Position numbers and translations under genes: made by a program | Origin: Atractiella rhizophila | Lineage: Eukaryota | Direction: 5' to 3' | Length of the DNA: 64,000 bases | NCBI GenBank assembly: GCA_021432655.1 | Contig: MU271207.1 | Coordinates: forward strand, 80,022 to 144,021 | Shown here: in pieces, positions 1 through 12,667 of the stretch | Layout of the letters: every line of letters starts with the position of its first letter | Position numbering within the stretch: the first letter of the stretch is position 1 | The notes under the pieces: generated by a model | Database searches by the model: none | Told to the model about the DNA's origin: nothing | The model's input: the letters and a program-made list of their open reading frames with translations, nothing else

Positions 1-1560
1 TTCAAACAAGTACCCCATAGATACCTGCCATTTCAGGACATATGCTCACAAGTACTCTTAGGTACTTAGCAGGGAACACAAACAGGTACCCCTGATGAAA
101 ATTTACCCTCTGTAGCTGATTTATAACTTGTTGTGCACAGGTACCTGCGGCACAAGTACCCACAAGTACCATACTCCTTGACATCTCTATCACTAATCAC
201 TGATCCTTACTATTCCTCTTCGTAAGCTCCATAGACCTTTGAACTCTCTTCTTTAGCACAGTTAACATTGCACATACCTCTGATGCCAAAGATGTAAAAT
301 ATATTCTACATCATAAATTGTACCAAATCATAAAGGACAATTCCATGCTATTTGATACATGGATGGGAGTCTAATGTAATCAAATTATCAATTGAAGATA
401 ATTTGTAGCTTCAGACAGCTCCAGTCAGGTATCAGCATTGGTGATGTATATGTAACTTGGGTTCAATAGCCATTCCCACATAATAATAGAGGAAGGGATG
501 GTGGTTACTGAGTCGTTTCCCTACCATGGGAGGTATCAAATGCAGCATCCGTCATGAAGGAACCCACTGAGGAAATGAAGAGCAGGTTTCTTCTATACTG
601 GTACGGCCATATTAGATTACATGTCTAAATTCCAACTTACCTCACTCATAGCCTCAGCCTCCCAGGTACAGCCTTGCATATGTGAAGGTATGAAATGATG
701 TGGGTACACTGTTGCTGAGTGCACTGGAAGCCTCTTTTGACAGGCAAGCGACAATTAAAATGTTATCCCAAGTTCGTTATCAAGTGGATAAAGGTCAGTC
801 TTCATCGATGATCAGACAAAATTGCAAATAAATATCACAGGCTTCTCTCTTTCATCCAAGTCTATGATACCAGCTCTGAATATCATGGCCAACATTGTAC
901 ATAGAGGCGATAAAGAAACTAGGGAGGATTGGTCGGCACCCGCAGGTGGAGACATAGGTGTAGAGAGTGTTAACGAACGGTCACTGGTGCGTTGTTGGAT
1001 AGTGTGGCGCCAGGAGTGGTGGAGGCTGAGCTCTCAAGTAGCACAGGTGAGGAATCAAAGCAGAAATTAGGCAAAGAAGCAGGGGGAGTAAAGTATAGCT
1101 TGCTGAAGGGGAAATGGGTGAAGCAAAAAAGAGGCAGCTGCTGGATGACAGGGTTGGGTTAGAAGGCACTAGAGACTGGATGGGGGATGGGTTGGCCAAT
1201 GTGGTGGAAATAGCTTGATCGAGATCTTATACGATATCTGTTACTTGTTTCTCCAAAAGAAGAGGGACTGGACTCCTCATTCCACAGTGTATTGTCTTGG
1301 TCAATAATTCAAACATCAACCAAGAAGGTACTTGGTTGCAGAAAACACTGAACACTGTCCCAATCTTAAAGGGTTGTATTACAGCTGATATTAGGAGCAT
1401 GTCATAGAACACTGGTTGAACAATTCGACAAAGGAAATTGCTGGTGAGTTGTGAAGTATTCTAATAGCTTCAGAAGACGATGAAGTTGAAAAATCATACT
1501 CTCCAAAGAAATATTTCGGCTGCATGATTGATTTCTGATGAGATACAAACTTATTTTGGG
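1..1560. mobile_element. Degenerate, CpG-depleted transposon-like relic with subterminal-type (C/A)AGTACC/GGTACC motif cluster at 1-175
   Basis: No credible ORF. CpG is visibly scarce with TG/CA excess. About 7 GTAC-core motifs (caagtacc, aggtacc, aagtact) lie in the first 175 bp. TE identity is inferred. Confidence 0.4.
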
Positions 1561-1954
1561 TTACCCTGGCCGTTGGGTTTGATCACTTCACTCCCTAAAT
1601 CTTTCCGGATCAAACTCATCCATACCACACGGTATTCGGACAGTTTTACTTCAGTCGACCCTTCAGCTGTGTATAGCAATTAACAATCAACTTCGCAATA
1701 CATAGTCCCAGTCAAGGTAAAGAGGCTGGACGCTTTGGTTACCCCATCTGGCGTTTCAGTATCTCGTGTGTAAACTCGAACACCATCTCGGGTTTGCGTC
1801 CAGTGAGCAAGAGGTCTTATAGTGGACTCGTCCTTTGAGACTGGTGTTAGCTCTTTTTATGTACTTTTTCACCTGTTCTTCGATAACGTGCAGTTGATCC
1901 AGGAGAAGATCTACGCTCCACTCTCCCTAGTTTTATAAGAAGTAAGAGGATTAT
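1561..1954. repeat. ~390-bp dispersed repeat, copy 1 (possible Helitron-like 5' end on the minus strand)
   Basis: Near-identical to 3669-4058. The minus-strand terminus reads a^TCCTCTTACTTCTTATAAAACTAGG. Confidence 0.9.
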
Positions 1955-3082
1955 TGCGTTGACGTCGCTCAATGGTGGAGTAATGTTCCACATTTTCATT
2001 TGAAATCGCACGTCCGAAGTGGAGTGTAAGGTTACAAGGGAAGGTTTGTATGTTCTTAGGCTTGGATATCATACGATCAGTAGTCTCTCTTTCTACTCGG
2101 ACACGCGCATGAGACGCCTTTTGTATCGCGTCACATTGCGAACCTCAAGTATCTCTCTCTTAGGTATAGTAGGTTTCTTTTGCTTCGCCTTGATGTATGG
2201 TAGAGGTGCCAGGGTTCACTCAACCCGTGGGCGGTCAGGTTGGCATTCTCGCTACTCGAAGGTCAGCGAGTTGAGGAGGTGAGAGAGGTGAACGAGGGAT
2301 AGGAGTAGGAGGAGGGGTAGGGGTGCGAGCAGTCAGTTTGAGGGGAACTCGGTGGGGTAGTGCGGGGCGAAGACCAAGAACACCTTGAACGCTCTGACCC
2401 TGCCTTCCTTCCCCTTCCTGAGCATACACCAACTCCTGACCCTCACACGGCTCCACTCCAACCGGTAGCACGCACCCTCCACAACCTCACCGACTCCTAT
2501 CCGTTCTCATACCCCCCTCACTCCACGTCATCGGACGTCCTAACCGACAGTTCGACAACCATGAGGACTACTGCTACTGTACCCCAGCCGCACGCCTATA
2601 TGGTCCAATAAGACCTATACCTACAATCTAGAACCTATCTACAACTCGTGCCCGCTCACCAAAGCGTTAGAACGAGCTAAACACGTGACAATAAGGCTTC
2701 GTGTACCGTGAAGTGGCGACTCGACCTGAATAATTCTTCCGGAAGGCGAAGATAGGGGAAAAGAAAAGTGGTTGGTGAAATAACGAAGAAACGAGTAGAG
2801 AGACCACAGCATCAACCCCTTGGTCCACACATCTAATGTATATGATATTTTATTTTGGTGAAATAACGAAGAAACGAATAGAGAAACCACGGTACCAACC
2901 CCTTGAGTCCCTTGGTCTTTGCTAAGCGTCTTGTGAGTTTGAGAGTGCGTCCTTCCTTCCTGAGTTTGTAGATAGTTATTAACTACATGTCTCGATCTCC
3001 TGGATACGACTTCCAACACTCGAACAAAATGAAATGACGGTACAAGGTCGGTCGTACTAGACATTTAAGAACATGTACCAGG

Positions 3083-3107
3083 NNNNNNNNNNNNNNNNNN
3101 NNNNNNN
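3083..3107. other. Assembly gap (25 N)
   Basis: Run of N. Confidence 1.
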
Positions 3108-3668
3108 TCATGTTTCGTGCTCTTGTTGTTGTGAGTTTGTTCGGTTAAAGGATTTGACGGGAGGGCGGGTGGGTGAGGTCTGGGAGGGTGAAGGGATTTA
3201 GTTCTATGGGGTCGTTTCTTAGGGTGTTATAAGGGGTTTACGCAGTAGGCAGGTACGGTGCGTAAGCGGCGGTGGACGACGGAGCTGCCCCGGTGTAGCT
3301 CCTACTCTCGAGATTCCCTTCGGACGTTTCTCAATTCAGGCTTCAGCTCCTGCATCTTTCGCCACTGCCGCTCATGCTGCCTCTCCAACAGGCGCGCGAG
3401 CAAGGAGGCCCCCAGGGTCCTGGGAAGAGGGGGGGTCTCTTGCCTCGGCTCCAGCTACTTCTCTCGCCGCTCCCCTGCCCGCTTCCGCGTCTGCTCCCAC
3501 CTCTCCTACTGCCGCTACTGCCTCGGCTGCTACTTAAACGCCGCCGCCTTCCCCCTCCACCTCCTCAGCCTCTCACTCGGACCAAAGCAATCACACATCG
3601 CAATCTACACATCCCTCCTGTCCCCTTCCTTCTCTGCCTGGCTGATTACCAACTCGCTAGTCTGGCCT

Positions 3669-4058
3669 TTACCCTGGCCGTTGGGTTTGATCACTTCACT
3701 CCCTAAATCTTTCCGGATCAAACTCATCCATACCACACGGTATTCGGACAGTTTTACTTCAGTCGACCCTACAGCTGTGTATAGCAATTAACAATCAACT
3801 TCGCAATACATAGTCCCAGTCAAGGTAAAGAGGCTGGGTGCTTTGGTTACCCCATCTGGCGTTTCAGTATCTCGTGTAAACTCGAACACCATCTCGGGTT
3901 TGCGTCCAGTGAGCAAGAGGTCTTAGAGTGGACTCGTCCTTTGAGACTGGTGTTTAGCTCTTTTATGTACTTTTCATCTGTTCTTCGGTAACGTGCAGTT
4001 GATCCAGGAGAAGATCTACGCCCACTCTCCCTAGTTTTATAAGAAGTAAGAGGATTAT
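3669..4058. repeat. ~390-bp dispersed repeat, copy 2, abutting the truncated transporter gene
   Basis: Near-identical to 1561-1954. It ends at the same terminus (agtaagaggattat). Confidence 0.9.
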
Positions 4059-5605
4059 GGTATTACTTGCGTCACGCAGAAGGAGAGCAGGAATACGAAG
4101 GGCAGTGATGAGAGGTTCGTTTTTCTTTCTGTTTTGTGAGAGTTGGATGGTTGATCAGTGGTACAGTATGAAGGACATATTTCGGAGGATTTGGCAGTCC
4201 ATTGTTTATTTGCCGCCTTCAGTTCGAAAAGTCTGCTATGGTCCGTATTCCTCCTCCATTTTTGCGGCTTCTAAGATATTGACCCCACTCACAGTTCAAT
4301 TTTTTGCTTGGTTGGGATGGTAATGCTTTCCTCTCCTGCCTTATACGTCCATCTCACTTTTTCTGGTGGAAGGTTCCCCTTCCTGTTTTACTCCACAACC
4401 TACATCGTCGAAGTAATCCTGGCCACATCCGATCCAGACCACCGACCAAGCATCGACGACGCGACTCGCTACGGCTCCTTCACGCTCCTCCTCTACGCGC
4501 TCGTCGCGCTCGTCACTGGCCTCGTCCTCCCATTTGTCTCCTCCCTCGCCACGTCGCCCTTCGTCGTCCGTCACATAGCTTTCAGGCATACTGATGGACC
4601 GAACAAAAAGTTCCTCCGCGGGATGGTCAGGAGGTTACTCCTGCGATGCACCCCTCGTAACTTTTGGACCCTCGGTACTGGTCTCTTTGCTTTTTTGATG
4701 TTGGGATGTACTTTCCTGGTGAAGGACGTACAATCTGCGACTGTTGTCGTCGCTTTCATTGGTATACCGTGGGCCATAACTTGTTGGGTACGGCTCTATA
4801 TGACATATGACGGTGCCCAGTACTGAGAGTAAGGGTGACAGGTTCCTTTCGCGCTCGTTATGGAGTATATCAGAGACATCGAAGATGCATACGACTCGCA
4901 GGATGACGCCTCCGTCGCCGCTACCGTCGAGTCCGCAACACGCGCCGAGACCCTCTACGAATCTCATCGTAAGTCGTTCCGGAGAGCATCGAGCTACAGC
5001 GAACAAACGGTGACGAGTCCGCCGAAGAAACATCAGCCGTTTAGAGCCGATCAAGAGGGTGGAGGGAGGTATCGGAGCACGAGTAACGTGCAGCAAGAGA
5101 GAGATAGGCTGGCTGAACAAAGAGGAAAGAATTATGGGACCGTTGAGAGAACGGATGAGAGCTTGGAGAGGGAGAGACGGGAGGAACGAGCTGAAGGCAG
5201 GAAGCAGGTTGGAGGCACGATTCTCGGCATTCGTACGTTGTCCGCATTCAAATGAATGATGGTAAACTAACTATGACTGGGACGTTAGACAATCTCTCCA
5301 TCGTTGCGCCGCAATTCCTCGTCGCCCTCATTGCCTCCCTCATATTCAAACTCGTTGCCCTCTCCAAACCTCAAGATCCATCCCTAGCCACATTTATGCA
5401 ACCAGGTCACGAACTCGAAAGCAGCGAGACGGACGTCGTCTACGTTCTTCGATTTGGAGGATTCATGAGCATCTTTGCGTGTATCTTCTCCCGCTGGATC
5501 GATCGGCCGATAAGTGAGGAGGTCCACAAGGATTTCATCAAAGACATAAGTGAGGGTGAGGGATATGGCAGCTTGTTAGAGAATGAGAACGGGGAAGAAC
5601 CTTAA
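4059..5605 (+). pseudogene. Sucrose/alpha-glucoside:H+ symporter (GPH/SLC45, Sut1-like), C-terminal half only
   Basis: Spliced reading GITCVTQKE...LPPSVRKVCYVQFFAWLGWFPFLFYSTTY...ATRYGSFTLL...GIPWAITCWVPFALVMEY...GGTILGI..NLSIVAPQFLVALIAS is typical of the family. The N-terminal TM1-6 half is absent because the repeat lies immediately upstream. Confidence 0.8.
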
Positions 5606-6405
5606 TTTTTCCAAGAAAGCCTTTAATGCCGTCGAATTGGAACTGTTGTACTCGTAGAATATGTGCTTCGTTTTGCGTTTAGTACTCAAGGTGTCAGGTG
5701 ATTCTTTTGTGATTTTTTGCTCAACAATGCTTTCACGATGCTTCGATAGAAGAACTATTGACCCAACGATACTATCAGCTAACCACTTAGAGTGTGCACT
5801 GAGTAAAAGTCAGGACCGTAAGGCAAGAAGATTGGAAAAGATACATAGTGAGGTTTCCAACTCTGTGGCTGAATCGCTCTCGCTCTCACCATCCTTGCTA
5901 CCCCCCACGACTAGCCTCTGCGTTCTTCTCCCACAGTTTCCCTTTCCTTGAGAACGGGTAGCCCCCCCTTCCCAGTCTAAAGACTTGCCAAACTAAACAG
6001 GTGTGAGAGATATGGCTCTCATTAGGCACTCAGCATGCTTTCGGTGCTTCTACAAGTTGCGGTTAGGGTTAGGGTCTTGCCTTCTGGATCCACAGCGTTT
6101 TGACCACCATCTTCGTGTACGCTGTGGATCCAGGTACGTAGTGTTCTTTGCATTGTAGACAGCGTTTTGACCACCATCTTCGTGTACGCTGTGGATCCAG
6201 ATCCGGCTCATTCCAACAACGGGCGCCTTCGAACAACATCAGGGGAGTCACTCAGAACCGTGCAGACTTTCTTCGAAGCACCTTGTTTTGCCGGAATTGT
6301 TCACTGGACCACTTGCACGTTCGATGCGAGCCAGTATCCCTGTGAATAGTTTTCTCCTCTGACATGCCTGCAGATAAGTCTCCTTGCCATTTGTAGATAT
6401 TTGCC

Positions 6406-6962
6406 ATCTTTCAATTCGATCGTACCATGCTTCGCAAAGTAATGTATCCTGTTGGCTCAGTAGTTCATGCAACCTGAAGGTCGTAAGCAAAGGCACATCC
6501 CTCACCATATTCGGATCTAACGTTAGGCGGCAAAGACGGAGACGAGGCCAGGAAAAGGTGGAATGCGACATACAAAACATCTAGTTGCGAAACTATTCCC
6601 CATTTTACTCGCAACTTTCTCTCTTCTTCAACGGTCATGATACTCAAGACATACTTGAAAGAGCAGTTGCGCGGAATCTTTCAATTCGATCGTACCATGC
6701 TTCGCAAAGTAATGTATCCTGTTGGCTCAGTGGCTGAGCGGTTGTTCAGTTCATGTAACCTGAAGGTCGTAAGCAAAGGCATATCCCTCACCTTATTCGG
6801 ATCTAGCTCAGGCAGCAAAGACGGAGACGAGGCCAGGAAAAGGTGTAATGCGACATACAAAACATCTAGTTGCGAAACTATTCCCCATTTTACTCGCAAC
6901 TTTCTCTCTTCTTCAACGGTCATGATACTCAAGACATACTTGAAAGAGCAGTTGCGCGGAAT
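6406..6962. repeat. Tandem duplication, two diverged units of ~270-285 bp
   Basis: tcaattcgatcgtaccatgcttcgcaaag starts at both 6411 and 6681. The ORF track shows MSIMTVEEERKLRVKWGIV twice. Confidence 0.95.
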
Positions 6963-8409
6963 TACTTCATGAGGACTGGCAACGGTGCAAATATGTTGCC
7001 TCTGGAATACCTGACGCCATATTTTCCTCTCGTATATTGGATCCTTTGCTCCATCGTCAAATTGTAGCCAGGAGAAACGTTTTGATGTTCTTGCGGGTCA
7101 TGGCGCAAGAAGGCCGTTCGCTGTGTTCGCCGTCGATAAAATCCAACAAGTAACTCTTGTGACAGGGCATCGGGTTTTGTTTTACCAGTAGCTGAATTGA
7201 TATTGGTTAGTGCCATGCCTTTGAAGGATCGAGTTTGCGGCCTATCGATATGAAAAATGCCCCGGGGTTTGGTCAAGGGGATTAATGGTGAACGTACTTG
7301 TTCCGATTCGGATGCTGTTGTAAGTCGTCAGGCTCTGAACTAGATTCCTTTTCTTAGAACGCTTGATCACATGATGGGATTTACAGTGCCATTTGATAAC
7401 GCGATAAAGCGCTCACATTTGTCTGTGGGGTAGCCGCTGAGCGTTTCAGCATTTTCGAGGAGGAGGAGCTTTCTGCTTCCTTGCCATAAGCCTACGCGAA
7501 GAGCTGCTCGCCTTCCCTTTCTTATCCTGGGCTCTTTTAATTGAGTGAAAGGTAAGCCCTTTTGGAAACGAACATCAAGCCTGTCTTTTTGGCTTTTGAA
7601 GCCTTCTCGCTGAGACATGGATCTGCTGTTTAAGAGGTAACTCACGTCGGATTCGAGAGTTATAACGTTCGGTTTCTATTCCACGCTTATTCGACTACCT
7701 GTGGAAGAGAAACATCCTTCCGCTATGCATAATTGGAGTTTCGAGAATCGATAGAAGTTAACGACCACAGCTTCCTTGCAAGCTGAACTAGCTCGACAGA
7801 ACTTCAGAAGCTCGTGTACCCGATTGAGAGTTTTTTTGGTGCTCCCAAGAAACATTCTCGAGAAACTGCATGTTCAGAAGGCATAACATGAAATGTTGGA
7901 GAAAGAATTGGGACGCGCACAATTGCGCAGTCACGATTGATAAGAAGTCAACGACTAGTCCTCCATACCACGTCCCAATCCCTTGCCCTCCCAGTTCGCC
8001 TTTGACACGTTATTCAGTACCAACTAGAGTATAAGGTACTCTCAGGCTCAGAGTCTTTCATCACGAAAGGACGAAAGGGAAAAGGCGGTCGGAAATCCGT
8101 GCTGGCACCAATGTAATAAATGTATTGTGCTTCTTTAGTTACACAGGTCACAGACGATGACAGACTCTCACTCACGTTATAGTACGGGGATGAAATCAAA
8201 GACTTGATCCCGAAAAGTGGAGTTATTTGTTACCCACATTGGTTAGACGGCAAGAAAAGACGAGAAGGTCTACAGGCTTTCTGTTCGATCCTCATACGGC
8301 GCACACCTTTCATACAACACCGCATCCTGTAGCGGTTTCCACGTCGAAAGATTCCTTCCTTGCCGGTTTGCCATAATATATAAAGGGCGAATAGAACTCG
8401 CTAGTCTCG

Positions 8410-9693
8410 TGCCTTTCTGTCGAGAAAAAGAGCAGGACCACAGTGTTTATCACGGGATGTTCTGAAGGAGGATTGGGGCTCGTTTGCTCCTCTTCTAGCC
8501 TGAGCAGTATCAAGCTGACAGCATTTTATGAATGGCAGATGGGGAATGAGTCGAGCATTCGCACAAGTCAGCCTCCCTTTCGTCTTGGACTCTGAGTTCA
8601 AGAATAACTAGCTCCTCACTGGATACTAGAAAGGTTGTACTGTTTTCGCAACGGCACGAGACGTCTCCAAGATGAGAGGACTGTCAGGTACGATCTTTAC
8701 GCTGCTGTGTAGGTAACTGATAGAGTTTTAAACAAAGAGCTGGGATGCATCCTGCTCCCCCTCGACGTCACAGATCAATCTTCAGTCCAAGCAGCAGTTG
8801 AAGCATGTCTATCAGACGAGCGAAGTGAAGGGAAGATCGACATCCTCATGTGCGCCATTCGTTTCTTCTGGCTTGACGAAATATAGAGATGAAGTTGTCT
8901 AATCCTTTTTCACAAGAAATAACGCAGGGGTTGCCTGTTGCCTAATGCCTCTGATTGATGCGCCGGTGGAAACATATCAACAGGTGTTCGACGTCAACGT
9001 GAGTTCGCTCCATCTCCTCTCACATTCACACTTACCACCGCCTGCCTCAGTTGTTTGGTGTCGTTCGTCTCACCAACCTAGTAGCACCACACATGATATC
9101 GCGCCGTTCAGGGAAAATACTGAACATCAACTCAATAGCGGGAGCAGCGTGGGTCCCATTCACCTCCATCTGTGCCACGAACTTCTGATTCTGAGATGAA
9201 ACCCGTGAAGCCCCGGCGCGTTCTGGCAAGGCGTATATTCCTCCTCCAAGTCCGCTCTCCAAGCGTACTCTGCCCATTTGGCCGCCGAACTCTCCCCCTT
9301 CGACGTCCAGGTCAGCAATGTCTTCGTTGGCTCGACGGTAACTCCTGGGGTGCCGAAGGAGCTCGAGACAGCCTCTTTGCCTTCTAGTCCGCTTCTTCCC
9401 TTTCTTCTCGTGACCATATGTTGACCAGACGAATGGACGATGGATTAGGCTCGGTCTACTCCTCCATCTGGCCCCAGATCCAAAGAGCCATCCAAAGCCC
9501 ATCTTCAACGTCCCTCGAAGAATTCAGCGACAGAGTCGTAGCCGTGATGCTTGCTAAGAAGACGCCGGCCAGATGGTGGACATCCAAGTTCTCCACCATC
9601 TGTTGGTTTCTCACTTGGTTCAATCCCATTACAATAGCCCTCCTCACAGGAGGTCAGTTCGGACTGAAGGATCTCGCTCCGAGGATGACATGA
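8410..9693 (+). CDS. Short-chain dehydrogenase/reductase, AYR1-like (multi-exon; start uncertain)
   Basis: Spliced motifs VFITGCSEGGLG, VFATARD, LDVTD, IDILINNAG, catalytic YSSSK. TATATAAA lies near 8377. No in-frame ATG was found before the first motif. Confidence 0.8.
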
Positions 9694-9979
9694 TTGTGCC
9701 TCCTTTATCCCTGCGATAATGCTACATATTCTTTCAAACTTCAGGCACGCTATTTACCGTACCAGCAAGGACCAGCTCCTTATTTCTCTCTTCTCAAGTA
9801 TTGGAGTGAAAGCATAGGGCATATAATGCATTGATTAAGTATGCGGATGAATAAGGAATAAGTAAGGTATCATGCGAAGCACAGCTGACGAGCACTACTA
9901 GCGCTGCAAAACGACGAGAAAAGAGAACGGGGCATGAAACACTGAAGCGGGAAGAGAAGTATGCGTATGAACAGGCGAG

Positions 9980-10723
9980 CTATGTACAATGCACCAGACC
10001 AGACCAAACATGCGAGGACGAATAACCAATAACCATAAACTGTAAAGTAGAGAGAAGAACGACTGAAAACAAAATGCGATGCGAAGGTAATAAACGACGG
10101 GACACCTGACTCCTCCTCCATGAGGACGACCATCGATCAACGATAAAGGGGAAGATGAAGGCTGGATGAGGATCCAGACGATTCAGAACCTCCTTCCACC
10201 ACCCCTTAAACATCGCCATCCTCTCCTCCTCGACCGCCCTGACGATCTCATCATAGGTCCTCTCATCGATCACCCTCTCTCCGCCTCCTCCTCCGAGAAC
10301 GTTCAAAAGGGACTGAGGAAGCTCAACCACGCCTTCCGCTCTCTCGGGGGGCCAGACAGGGGTCGACTCGCGCGTTCTGCCGGACAGACTCGCCTCCGAC
10401 GAGGGCGGCGACCTAATCCGTTCATTCGGGCTGTTTAGTGAGGAATACGGGTTGGAGGGACGGTAGGCTTACGGAGGGACGCCGGCCTGCGAGAACGTCG
10501 TTCTCTTCCCTGGTCCATGGTAGTGCACGAATCCCGTGGTCTGAATTGGTCCTCCCTTGTAGGAGGACGCTGAGGAGGAGGAAGATGCCGAAGGTGAGTG
10601 GGCGGCGACGTATTGCTCGGAGAGGTAGGTCGGGTTGTTGGAGAGGGACCCGGACGGAGGGTTGGAGAGGAGGAGGTATTGGCGCCTGTGGGGGTCGTAG
10701 AAGGCGAAGGTGAAGGTCGACAT
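9980..10723 (-). CDS. Hypothetical protein (2 exons)
   Basis: The ATG ORF at 10723 is joined in frame to ORF 10330-9980 by a GTAAGC...CTAAACAG intron (~10472-10430). Confidence 0.45.
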
Positions 10724-10795
10724 GTTGATTTCCTTTCGAAGCTTGAACGTTTGAACTTTGAGGAAGACTTCGTTTCAAGTGCAGATGGCGATGGT

Positions 10796-10984
10796 GAGAA
10801 TTAAAGCGATGATTTAAAAAAATGCAAGTTTATGCTATGCTATGCTGAAGCTGAAGCTGAGCGATGGTCACTCGANNNNNNNNNNNNNNNNNNNNNNNNN
10901 TTTGAGAATTAAGCGATGAATTTAAAAAATGCAAGTTTATGCTATGCCTATGCTGAAGCTGAAGCTGAGCGATGGTCACTCGAG
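10796..10984. repeat. ~80-bp sequence repeated on both sides of a 25-N gap (10876-10900); unmerged contig overlap
   Basis: gagaatta...gcgatggtcactcga occurs both before and after the gap, with homopolymer-type differences. Confidence 0.9.
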
Positions 10985-12369
10985 GTGGGTCGAATAGATA
11001 TGAGAGTGGGTATGAGAGTAGCTGTGTTGGATTGGATGAGAAGCAACCTCCTTGAAAACAGTAGCGCTTTTATACCTTTTCCATGCCTGCATCCTGCGTC
11101 CTGCGTCCGACCTCCTTTCACCTCTCCCTTTCATCCTCCCCTTGTTCTCTCCTTCCCCCGGTACTCCCTAACGCTCTCCCCCAAACACAATCGATGCAAG
11201 ATTAAGTTCCTCATGTCCTTTAGGCGTTCGAACGTTCGAGGACCCAGCGCCCACGAGTCCGGGAACAAAGACTCCCTATGTTCTTTGTTCGATGAAACGC
11301 CCGCACAGGCCTCGTGGCGGTGCACGCGGGAGCAGATTTGGGAGAAAGTAAGCGAACAAAGAACTCAACAGGCTTTTGTTTGTCTTTGTTGAACGGCTGG
11401 CATTTTGCATCCAAATCTGATTTGTGTGTTCTGGTATCATGATATTTGTCTGTAAACGGAAACTTGGATGTTATAGAATATTACATGCCGTAAACGCGGG
11501 CGAAGCAAATATATGGCTAAGAGTCTGCTTCCGCTTTGTTGTGAATGAGAATGAGAACCTCAAATCTGTATCATGATTTCTCAGGTATTCTCTGACTTTC
11601 CCCAACGGTACCATCCACATTAGGGGCCGAGGCGCTGAAGTGCAACATTTCCCTTCATTCGAAGTCGACATATTGGTTAATCACTTCAAGTTACTTCAAC
11701 TTCCCTTATTTTTGACTTTCTCTTCCGCCGTCGCAGCCTGGCTCCTAGTAGAGCCACCTTGCTCAACAGACCTAGCATACATTCATTCACACGATCTATA
11801 CGGCCATTAGCAACTTGGTGAGCTCCACCAATTTTTTGTTTCAGATTTCTGGCATATTCTCTTCAACGGTCTACGCCACACGAGTTCACCGCTGCAGAGC
11901 AGTCGTCAAACCAGAAAAGCTGAAAGTATCTGACTCAGGCGAGATGACGTTTTTTCTCCCTCAGTCTTCCAGGACAACCGCTGCTTTATCAAACGCTGCA
12001 ACCACGACGCCTTCGCCGAGGCCAGCACTCCAGCGTTCTTTCAAGCCTCACCAAAACAGACGACTTGACCCGATGTCTTCCATGCGCGCGACTATTTTAT
12101 CGTCATGGAGGAGGTGATCGAGGCGAGAAGTCGGATTGTTGTGGTGAATCGGAGGAAAGAAGGGTACAACTTGCTGCCTCTGATGTGAAATGGCTCGAGC
12201 ATCAGGTCTCTATGGCTCTGACAATATTTTTGGAGGATATATGAGCCTCTAAAGCGGTTCCTGTTGGCATAGGTTCTTCACGCAGAATGAAGCGCCAGGA
12301 GTCTTCATTGACGCCAACCATCTCGCCAAATATGTCTCAAAGGTCCTCACTGTATCTCAAAGCCTCTCA

Positions 12370-12667
12370 TTGAACACTTTCCTCACAGCATCTCAGCGCT
12401 ATCGGCAGAAAACCCGTCGGTTGTCTAACGAAGACATCTTGAACATCTTCGGTGACCATGGATCGATCTGCCACTCGGATATCAAACCAGGCAAGGTGCT
12501 GGATCATCGACTTCGAGGTCTTCCCAGAGGTCTTCCAGACCTACGCTTTCTTTAACATCGGCCAGGCCCTTGCGAAGAAGGTCGGGATGGAGCTGAACGT
12601 GAGCCTCGCTACAGGTGGACGTCATGGTGTCACTCTCTGGCATCATTCAGATTATCTGGGCAGATGA
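12370..12667 (+). pseudogene. Degraded kinase-like/phosphotransferase (APH-like) fragment
   Basis: ICHSDI (HxD) is followed in a shifted frame by CWIIDFE (DFE), with the catalytic-loop spacer shortened. Confidence 0.4.

Noticed and set aside
2019..3668. Possible LTR-retrotransposon sequence around the first gap, with a small internal direct repeat at ~2773 and ~2856
   Set aside because: No gag/pol motifs, paired LTR or clear primer-binding site. Left unclassified.
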